IMG/VR virus record: IMGVR_UViG_3300030376_006181
Span: 1 to 33,585 of that record
From: a virus
Lineage: Duplodnaviria > Caudoviricetes
Length of the DNA: 33,585 nt
Direction: 5' to 3' (one strand)
Positions 8,310 through 14,308 of the stretch are shown here, one piece after another. Both the position numbers and the translations under genes were made by a program. Position 1 is the first letter of the stretch. Each line of letters opens with the position of its first letter. The notes beneath the pieces are model-generated. The model did not search any database and had not been told where the DNA came from. It was given only the letters and a program-made list of their open reading frames with translations.

Positions 8310-8510
8310 GTACGTTTTGTGTACGTTTAGCGTTCCGCTAACCTACTATCACGTTCTCTTGTGTGCGTTTTGTCAACCGAGAGGCGAGGGTCACCCTCCT
8401 CCGATTTGGGTACGTTTTGTGTGCGTTTAGTCAACGTTTCGTGAACCAGTTGCCAGTCAAATGGTTTATCAAACACGGCTATCGGTTCGGTTTTCGGTAC
8501 GTTTTGCGCG
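8310..8510 (+). repeat. Cluster of phased TACGTTTTGTGT(A/G)CGTTTAG-type repeats
   Basis: 8311-8330 and 8411-8430 are 19/20 identical, with partial copies at 8361-8374 and 8497-8506. Related 17-mers lie at 6918-6934 and 7213-7229. Confidence 0.8.
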
Positions 8511-8812
8511 AGTTCCCTACCCTTGTCCCCTCCATAGATTTTTATGGTACTCTGTTCGAGGGTCGTGGCTATGATAAAACATTTTCCACCCTTCAAATGG
8601 TGCTGTAAATTCCACGCAATCTGATGAGGCGTAATCTTTAATTTATTACTATAAATTACCTTTAATTCAGCCGTAAAGAACCCACAGGAGGGGAAACAAC
8701 CAACAAGGTCTGGAAACCCCTGTATTGTGCGAGTTTCTATTCTTGTCCAAGATATTTTAGACAAATTCTTTTTTAATAATTGCCAAAACTTAGCCTCTGG
8801 TTTGCGTAACAT
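8327..8812 (-). CDS. VRR-NUC / PD-(D/E)XK nuclease (Holliday-junction resolvase-like)
   Basis: PE..FW, RIE, GFPDLVG, ELK and HQIAW motifs. The low-complexity C-terminal tail is encoded by the DNA repeats. Confidence 0.85.
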   Translation of the reverse strand: MLRKPEAKFWQLLKKNLSKISWTRIETRTIQGFPDLVGCFPSCGFFTAELKVIYSNKLKITPHQIAWNLQHHLKGGKCFIIATTLEQSTIKIYGGDKGRELAQNVPKTEPIAVFDKPFDWQLVHETLTKRTQNVPKSEEGDPRLSVDKTHTRERDSRLAER

Positions 8813-8899
8813 TTCTAAGGGCTAACAGTAACCTAAAAAAGATTAAATTAAATAAAAGATTTTCTTTGATAATCTGTTAATTCATGATAAAGGTTTTTT

Positions 8900-9437
8900 T
8901 AGAAAGCCAATTAGTAGGACTATACTGGCGGGACTTGGGAGTGGCACCCTAGGTATCCCCTCCACCTAGGTGGATGTGACAGGGGACTGTGATGAGCAGA
9001 CGAGAGTGACTTTATAGGACTGGTTTCGAAAAGCTTTCAATGATTTATATACTGTGAAAGTGGATAAAACCGCCACCGACTAGCGTTCCGATAAGTGCTT
9101 TAAAAAGGGAGGTCAGTATATAATTTATTCTAGGCGAGGATGAATAGTAGTAGGCATAAATATAACAGGTTTCTTAGTAACTGGTCATTGTTGAAATCAA
9201 GACGTTAAAAAAGGAAGGCTTACTAAGTGCTACTATAGGTAGCTTAGAATAAGAAATGAAGTTCACAATGACTTAAAGCGCTAATGTGTCTTCATAGGGT
9301 AGCATGGTCGCCCGAAGTATACCATGACGTGGGGCTGATAACTCGGTACAGTTTAGAAGTATACGCCAAAGTGTCAGCCCAAGGTATCTGAGGAGCCTTA
9401 CACTCTCAGCTAGTAGCCGAGCTAGTTCCCTTCGGCA
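8900..9437 (+). ncRNA. Candidate large structured non-coding RNA (possibly GOLLD-like)
   Basis: About 650 bp with no ORF of 60 aa or more in a gene-dense genome. Helices include 9045-9054/9114-9123, 9184-9195/9262-9272, 9303-9308/9321-9326 and 9332-9340/9372-9380, plus a 3' pseudoknot at 9381-9409. Boundaries are approximate. Confidence 0.65.
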
Positions 9438-9469
9438 ATTAACTTAACCAAAATAGAAAGAAGGATAAT

Positions 9470-9652
9470 ATGACATTTAAAATAGGAGACATGGTCGAAG
9501 TCAAATCGATTGAAGAATGGGGCTTTGTCCACGATAGAGAAATTGGTAAAGGTAAAAGAAACCTTTATCTAATAGATGAAATTCAAGGAGAAGGTTTTTC
9601 TTGGTTTCGTCAAGATGACTTAAAACTAATCAACAGAAAAAAGGAGGACTAA
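9470..9652 (+). CDS. Small SH3-like/KOW-like hypothetical protein
   Basis: The 'FKIGDMVEV...G.V...YLI' pattern; AAGGA RBS. Confidence 0.7.
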   Translation: MTFKIGDMVEVKSIEEWGFVHDREIGKGKRNLYLIDEIQGEGFSWFRQDDLKLINRKKED

Positions 9653-10057
9653 ATGGGAGATAGAGTAAGTATACAGTTTAAAGATAGTGACGGAGATAAG
9701 TCACCAGTCTTGTTTCATCATTGGGGGGGAATGTACCTCCCCAAATTTGCATCAAATTGGATGAGGGCATTTAAAAAAAAATTAAGTATTGAAGATAATG
9801 TAAGTGACCCTTTAACTAGATTAGAGGCAAGATCAGTTGCTGTTCAATTTATTGCAGACCTAAGAAATCATGAATTTTTTCATGAGTGCATGGGTTTTGA
9901 AAAAGATGAGGAGGGTAAATCAATTTATCAAAAACCAATTCATTCTGGTGAGTTTGTTTCACATAGTGTTTATCTAGGTGCAGATGAAAACGAAGGAGAC
10001 AACTCTGATAATGGTCATTTTGTTATTGATACAGATACAGGAGACTTTGTAATATAA
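9653..10057 (+). CDS. Conserved phage hypothetical protein
   Basis: 134 aa with an AGGAGG RBS; N-terminal 'MGDR..I......LFHHWGG' pattern seen in phage early proteins. Confidence 0.8.
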   Translation: MGDRVSIQFKDSDGDKSPVLFHHWGGMYLPKFASNWMRAFKKKLSIEDNVSDPLTRLEARSVAVQFIADLRNHEFFHECMGFEKDEEGKSIYQKPIHSGEFVSHSVYLGADENEGDNSDNGHFVIDTDTGDFVI

Positions 10058-10063
10058 TTATAG

Positions 10064-10092
10064 AGGAGGGCAATTAAGCCCTCCTTTTTTTT
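10064..10092 (+). terminator. Rho-independent terminator
   Basis: AGGAGGGC-AATTAA-GCCCTCCT followed by a T-run. Confidence 0.75.
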
Positions 10093-10105
10093 AAAGGAGA
10101 ATAAT

Positions 10106-10378
10106 ATGCCAGTACAACATACATATTGGGAATGGGAAGAGGCATTCGATAAATTTGGATTTGGAGACGGAGATGAGTGGAACGGCACGCATTTAGTTGA
10201 AGAATTTCTTCACGGCATAGGCTGTAAGGAAGTTGAGTGTGACTCTTGGGGAATACATAATTATATGATTTTCCGAATAGTAGATAAAGACGGCAAGGAA
10301 TATGAGTTTGATGGTTACGAAGAACCTCAAAACATTTTGCCGAAACACATAGTTGAAAAACTAAACAAGGAGTTTTGA
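10106..10378 (+). CDS. Acidic hypothetical protein
   Basis: 90 aa with an AAGGAG RBS; motif 'WEEAFDKFGF.DGD...G.HN..I'. Confidence 0.8.
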   Translation: MPVQHTYWEWEEAFDKFGFGDGDEWNGTHLVEEFLHGIGCKEVECDSWGIHNYMIFRIVDKDGKEYEFDGYEEPQNILPKHIVEKLNKEF

Positions 10379-10379
10379 T

Positions 10380-10541
10380 ATGAAAAAAATAATTAGATAC
10401 ATCCTGTGTAAGTTTGGTGTGATTAAACCACAGCCAAGTTTAATATGGAGAAATATCCTAGACAATGAGCATATAGGTGTCATTGGTTATGGGTACAGTA
10501 GAAAAGATGTAATCAAAGCAGAAGATAAATGGAGGAGGTAA
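10380..10541 (+). CDS. Hypothetical protein (53 aa)
   Basis: Read manually: MKKIIRYILCKFGVIKPQPSLIWRNILDNEHIGVIGYGYSRKDVIKAEDKWRR. Fills the gap exactly and has an AAGGAG RBS. Confidence 0.6.
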   Translation: MKKIIRYILCKFGVIKPQPSLIWRNILDNEHIGVIGYGYSRKDVIKAEDKWRR

Positions 10542-10542
10542 C

Positions 10543-10785
10543 ATGGCTAGATTTATTTTAGATGTTGAAACTGAATACGATAAAAATAATAATGTTTTAA
10601 CTGATATTAAAAAAGGTTGTGAAATATTCGCTGACGAATACTTGTCACAAAAATTTAATGGTGGGGCTGTGAGCATAACCTGTATTGATAAACACAACAC
10701 AGGGCAGTTTCATGAAGAAAATCGTTTTAATAAACTAACTTCAAAACAAATAAGAAACTTTAATAGGAGGGGAGATGACGATTGA
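10543..10785 (+). CDS. Hypothetical protein
   Basis: 80 aa with a GGAGG RBS. Confidence 0.75.
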   Translation: MARFILDVETEYDKNNNVLTDIKKGCEIFADEYLSQKFNGGAVSITCIDKHNTGQFHEENRFNKLTSKQIRNFNRRGDDD

Positions 10786-11047
10786 TATAGGTCATAACTG
10801 CATTGGGTGTCATGAGGACACCCAGTTCGGTAGTGGGAGGTTTGTTAATAGAATTCCTGCGGAAAATGATGAGTATAATGGTTATTTATGTGTTGATTGC
10901 CAGTCAGATAATTGTGATGAGTGTGATACACTAACACATGAATATCACCATGATGATGACGGCAATTTTTTATGTGATGATTGCTATGTAAACAAAGTTA
11001 AAATGGGTCTAACAAGTGACCCTTACGATATATTGGAGGATGAATGA
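10775..11047 (+). CDS. Cys-rich zinc-finger protein
   Basis: Four CxxC pairs (CIGC, CVDC, CDEC, CDDC) and 'GSGRFVNRIPA'. Confidence 0.75.
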   Translation: MTIDIGHNCIGCHEDTQFGSGRFVNRIPAENDEYNGYLCVDCQSDNCDECDTLTHEYHHDDDGNFLCDDCYVNKVKMGLTSDPYDILEDE

Positions 11048-11172
11048 GTAATACAGAATTAGCTTATGAAATTAGAAAAGCGTTAATAAAGAATGGCTAT
11101 GTAAGATATGACCACGAACAAAATAAAATTCTTGAATGGTTAATTTTAGATGTTTTAGAGGAGGTAAGATGA
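11044..11172 (+). CDS. Hypothetical protein (42 aa)
   Basis: Read manually: MSNTELAYEIRKALIKNGYVRYDHEQNKILEWLILDVLEEVR. GGAGG RBS and ATGA overlaps on both sides. Confidence 0.6.
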   Translation: MSNTELAYEIRKALIKNGYVRYDHEQNKILEWLILDVLEEVR

Positions 11173-11321
11173 GAGATAATCCAGATGATCTAGCTAATCA
11201 AAAGCTAGAAAAAATAAGAAAGTGGTGTTTAATCAATGCAAGGTATGATTGGGATAGTGCAGATGCTCGTGAAGAGTTCCAAGCTATTGTTAATCTAATT
11301 GATGAGGAAGAGGGCGATTAG
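11169..11321 (+). CDS. Hypothetical protein (50 aa)
   Basis: Likely start ATG 11169 after GGAGG (MRDNPDDLANQKLEKIRKW...). Confidence 0.65.
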   Translation: MRDNPDDLANQKLEKIRKWCLINARYDWDSADAREEFQAIVNLIDEEEGD

Positions 11322-11336
11322 CCCTCTTTTTTTTGC
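11308..11336 (+). terminator. Rho-independent terminator spanning convergent stop codons
   Basis: AAGAGGGC-GATTA-GCCCTCTT followed by a T-run. Confidence 0.65.
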
Positions 11337-11806
11337 TCTATTTCTTTTACTTCTGTAAAGTCAGCGTCAATAATATCTCCGTACAGTTTGCGTATATCTT
11401 TTAATCTAGACTGTACTTGGTCTAAGCTCATTGAATCAATAGAATTAACCACATGAATGTTTTGTGCATGATTGTAAAATCCTGCTGCTTGACCTCGATT
11501 CTTTTCAGCTTGAACGGCTGCACTCCAAGCATTTTTTTCTTCTGCTTTTCTGGACAGTTCATCTAATCTACTGACGTGCCTGTCATAAGTAACGGCAGTT
11601 TTGTGTTGCATTTCTTTTTTCATCTCATCGATGTATCTAACAACCTCAGGATGTTTCTGAGGATTTAATAATTCAGATGCTGTTACAGTTGCTCTGCTTT
11701 CCCCGTATCCTGCACGTTTTGCCGCCTCTGTGGCTGTAATTTGTCCATCGTTTGAAACGTATTCATTAACAAATCTAAGTTGTTTTAACGTTAAGCGTTT
11801 AGTCAT
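11318..11806 (-). CDS. terS: Terminase small subunit
   Basis: HTH signature 'LT.KQ..FV.EY......ATEAAKRAGY....A...ASELL....V..YI' and 'SAAVQAE..RG.AAG'. Likely start ATG 11806. Confidence 0.8.
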   Translation of the reverse strand: MTKRLTLKQLRFVNEYVSNDGQITATEAAKRAGYGESRATVTASELLNPQKHPEVVRYIDEMKKEMQHKTAVTYDRHVSRLDELSRKAEEKNAWSAAVQAEKNRGQAAGFYNHAQNIHVVNSIDSMSLDQVQSRLKDIRKLYGDIIDADFTEVKEIEQKKEG

Positions 11807-11814
11807 ACGCCTAT

Positions 11815-12001
11815 ATATAGAAGATATCAAAAGTTAATTCTATTAAAAAATTTAGTAACTCCTGAGAGAACTAAAACGTACTATGAAGGTACTAAGTAAA
11901 TCATTGTATTATAAAGATTAATTAGTCAAAGTACGTTAGTACGTTGAGTTTCAGAGTTGAAGGATAAAAATTGTACTACTAACTTTTAATTTCTTCTATA
12001 T
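11815..12001. repeat. Symmetric inverted-repeat element, origin-like
   Basis: Outer arms 11815-11836 and 11980-12001 match at 20/22. Inner AACGTACT/AAGGTACT face AGTACGTT x2 across an AT-rich core. Confidence 0.7.
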
Positions 12002-12016
12002 GTGTTACTATACACC

Positions 12017-12241
12017 ATGCGAAATTATAAAAAAGAGTACAAAAACTACCATTCCAAGCCAAGTGAACGTAAAAGAAGGTCCTCCAGAAACAAGGCCCGT
12101 AGAAAATTAGGCGATAAAAAAGGTTATGACGTTTCGCACCGTGATTCGAATCCCATGAACAATAAAAAAAGTAATCTCAAACATTCCAAGCCATCCAAGA
12201 ACCGTTCATTCAAAAGAACGAAAAAAGCAAGAGAGGCTTAG
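12017..12241 (+). CDS. Small basic HNH-family endonuclease
   Basis: 'RNY..EY...H...R..RN.AR....DVSH.D.NP.NN...NL.....KNR' is the typical small phage HNH pattern. Confidence 0.75.
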   Translation: MRNYKKEYKNYHSKPSERKRRSSRNKARRKLGDKKGYDVSHRDSNPMNNKKSNLKHSKPSKNRSFKRTKKAREA

Positions 12242-12435
12242 TCTAAGAAAAACTTAGGATCTTCCGTTACTGGTGCTAAAATTTTTCGGAGAGCTTCAAA
12301 CCCTTGACCGCGAACCGTGTTCCATTCCTCACGAGTATAGGTCCTATCATAATGAGGATTCCAAAACGTCACCGTAATCATGCCACATTTTGTGCATTCA
12401 TGTATCCTTTTTACAGGACTATTAGGCAGTATCAT
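12238..12435 (-). CDS. Hypothetical protein
   Basis: 65 aa with an AGGAGG RBS and one CxxC. Confidence 0.7.
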   Translation of the reverse strand: MILPNSPVKRIHECTKCGMITVTFWNPHYDRTYTREEWNTVRGQGFEALRKILAPVTEDPKFFLD

Positions 12436-12484
12436 GACTACCTCCTTTTCGGTGCAATATTATATGATGTTTTAAAAGATATGT

Positions 12485-12513
12485 AAAGCCCCGCAACTGA
12501 ACAAATGCGGGGC
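12485..12513 (-). terminator. GC-rich hairpin, putative terminator
   Basis: GCCCCGCA-N10-TGCGGGGC, with a short TTT after it on the minus strand. Confidence 0.5.
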
Positions 12514-12629
12514 ACAGGAGCGGAAAGTTAGTGATTTAACGGGCCAAATATATGAATATTGGGAGTCGAACCGCCCGAACCACTTACGCCTTCACCTCAC
12601 GATTAAGCCAGACACTTTCCATTGCCTGT
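12514..12629 (-). ncRNA. Candidate small structured RNA
   Basis: Nested helices 12514-18/12625-29, 12522-28/12614-20, 12530-36/12578-84 and 12540-44/12573-77. A G-U pair favours the minus strand. Confidence 0.45.
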
Positions 12630-12688
12630 AAAGGTAGGTTCTATCCCGACTCTAAAAGGGTGGTTCACCCTTAAACTCTATAACTGGT

Positions 12689-12916
12689 TTACTCATCCGA
12701 AATCGTGTAGTTTTTGAAACATTCTGGGTCAAGCGGTGGTCCGTAGTAGTATGCAACGGCATCGTTCTCACCTTCGGTCCATGTTTGGTGGTAGTAATTA
12801 TCTTCATTGATTTCCCCTTGTGAGTGACAAACCTTACACTGCTCAATTGATTGCTCTGCTTCAAATGATAACCTGACATATCCATTTCCTTTGCAGTTGT
12901 GACATATCATTACCAA
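12689..12916 (-). CDS. Small protein with DnaJ-type zinc-finger repeats
   Basis: CHNCKGNG and CKVCHSQG (CxxCxGxG-like); no J-domain or HPD motif. Confidence 0.75.
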   Translation of the reverse strand: MVMICHNCKGNGYVRLSFEAEQSIEQCKVCHSQGEINEDNYYHQTWTEGENDAVAYYYGPPLDPECFKNYTISDE

Positions 12917-13152
12917 CTCTTTTGATGCGTGTCGTAATACTTTGTAATCTTTTCATGTCTTCTCCTTTTTGGTTTTGGATCCTTAACAGCTTGATGACCT
13001 TGTTTTAATCTACGTCTATAAACAGCTCCTAGTACAGAATTCTTACTACGGCCAAAGATAGTGCCTATCTGCGAGTAAGAATATTTTTCTTTTAGTTTTT
13101 CAATTAAGTCTAATTCTCTGTCTGTATATTTTTTTTCAATTCCACTTCTCAT
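12910..13152 (-). CDS. GcrA-like HTH protein
   Basis: 'YTDRELDLIEKL...SYSQIG...GRSKNSVLGAVYRRRL' parallels the GcrA N-terminal DNA-binding domain (WTDER...SASQIA...SRNAVIGK.HRL.L). Confidence 0.7.
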   Translation of the reverse strand: MRSGIEKKYTDRELDLIEKLKEKYSYSQIGTIFGRSKNSVLGAVYRRRLKQGHQAVKDPKPKRRRHEKITKYYDTHQKSW

Positions 13153-13286
13153 TCGTACCTCCTTATTATAATTCTATGCAGTCTTTCCCATTGTAATCTA
13201 GTGGCTACTTCTCGACCGTTCCGTGGTTCGCGAAGCGCCTTCAATGATGCTTTTAACTTGCGTAATTTCTTTTCACATTTAGTCAT
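13149..13286 (-). CDS. Small basic hypothetical protein (45 aa)
   Basis: Read manually: MTKCEKKLRKLKASLKALREPRNGREVATRLQWERLHRIIIRRYE; ATGA overlap with the next gene. Confidence 0.55.
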   Translation of the reverse strand: MTKCEKKLRKLKASLKALREPRNGREVATRLQWERLHRIIIRRYE

Positions 13287-13290
13287 CTTT

Positions 13291-13464
13291 CTATTCTCCC
13301 AGTTTAATTAACACACGGCGTAACCATGAGTCTTCTTGTTTTATCTCATAATACAACCAAATACAATAATCATCATCCCCTGGACATGTTCGCATGAAAC
13401 TCCAGAACGGGGAAAAGTAAATTAACATCCCCGTAATGATAATCATCGCAAGCCATTTATTCAC
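13291..13464 (-). CDS. Small membrane-anchored hypothetical protein
   Basis: Likely GTG start at 13464; N-terminal hydrophobic helix followed by 'YFSPF...RTC...C'. Confidence 0.55.
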   Translation of the reverse strand: MNKWLAMIIITGMLIYFSPFWSFMRTCPGDDDYCIWLYYEIKQEDSWLRRVLIKLGE

Positions 13465-13723
13465 GGCGTTTAACGATTTCCCCTGCAATCGCAGAGTACG
13501 CCGCCAAATCAACATAGCTATCATGTTTCGTTGCATGCATACTTCTTGCGATCTTTACCAAGCCCATCATAATAGCAACCTGATCAGGGCGAACAGGCGT
13601 CTCGAGATACGTGGACCATAAATCAGCAATGCGGGTGTGGTTAACAAGTTTATCACCGTAGTCTTCATGACGATCGCCCGCGACTAATTCTTTTGCTTCT
13701 AATAATATGTCTTCACAAATCAC
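13457..13723 (-). CDS. DUF6378-family phage protein
   Basis: 'IL.EA..LV.GDR...YG....N..RIA.LWS.YL......VA.MM..VKIAR......DS.VD.A.Y' signature. Confidence 0.8.
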   Translation of the reverse strand: MICEDILLEAKELVAGDRHEDYGDKLVNHTRIADLWSTYLETPVRPDQVAIMMGLVKIARSMHATKHDSYVDLAAYSAIAGEIVKRRE

Positions 13724-13887
13724 TGAAGCCTCGCTCTCTCTTCTTGCGTTCGCATTCTTTTTTCATAATACCCACGCAGTTTCAACATTTCTATTTCATC
13801 TTCTCTACCTTGCCACCAACGACCTAGATAAAAAACGATACCCCAAGAAATACCGATAGTTAATAAGTGCCAAAAATCAAACATCAT
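13720..13887 (-). CDS. Small membrane protein
   Basis: Likely start at 13887 (MMFDFWHLLTIGISWGIVFYLGRWW...); one TM helix. Confidence 0.6.
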   Translation of the reverse strand: MMFDFWHLLTIGISWGIVFYLGRWWQGREDEIEMLKLRGYYEKRMRTQEERARLQ

Positions 13888-14069
13888 GCGGACCCCTCTG
13901 GTTTGGATATAGCGAGGTAATGTTCCTCGCCTATCTCGTTTCCTAAATCCCATTGAACGCGTACCCAAACATCAATGTTATCACCACCATGTTTATCAAC
14001 GAATTCTTGAGACGTCATTTCTGCAGCATCTTGCTCCATATCCATAAGCCAGTTTTTTACACTACCCAT
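13884..14069 (-). CDS. Hypothetical protein
   Basis: 'MGSVKNWLMDME.DA..M...EFV.KHG' pattern; AAGGAG RBS. Confidence 0.75.
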   Translation of the reverse strand: MGSVKNWLMDMEQDAAEMTSQEFVDKHGGDNIDVWVRVQWDLGNEIGEEHYLAISKPEGSA

Positions 14070-14265
14070 TTTTCTTCTCCTTATGTTTATTTACTAACCA
14101 TACAATCTGATTACTGATGGAACGTAAATCTTTATCTGCTAACTTCTTAAGATCTTTCCACGTATTAAGTGGAACTGTTACAGACTTATATTTATCCGTG
14201 TTCATAATTTTCCTTTCTGGCCAAAAGACCGTGTGTTTATAAAAAGTAACTAATCTATCTTCCAT
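14062..14265 (-). CDS. Ribbon-helix-helix (Arc/CopG-like) regulator
   Basis: 'KYKSVTV...TW..LKKLA....RSISNQI.WLV' fits a beta-alpha-alpha fold. RBS-supported starts exist at both 14265 and 14205. Confidence 0.7.
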   Translation of the reverse strand: MEDRLVTFYKHTVFWPERKIMNTDKYKSVTVPLNTWKDLKKLADKDLRSISNQIVWLVNKHKEKKNG

Positions 14266-14308
14266 AGCTTTCTCCTTAATATAAAAGACAATATAAGAAT
14301 TTAATTTA

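Noticed and set aside
6880-8510. CRISPR array
   Set aside because: The repeats are short, degenerate and irregularly spaced, with no unique spacers of constant length and no cas genes.
8900-9437. Group I or group II intron
   Set aside because: The element is intergenic between divergent intact genes, and I could not identify a group I P7 core or a group II domain V by eye; a covariance search is still needed to exclude this formally.
12555-12580. tRNA or tmRNA gene suggested by GGTTCGACTCCC (minus strand)
   Set aside because: No 5-bp T-stem, acceptor stem or CCA end; kept only as a generic structured RNA candidate.
12652-12885. 77-aa alternative-frame ORF
   Set aside because: It overlaps the better-supported DnaJ-type zinc-finger gene on the same strand.
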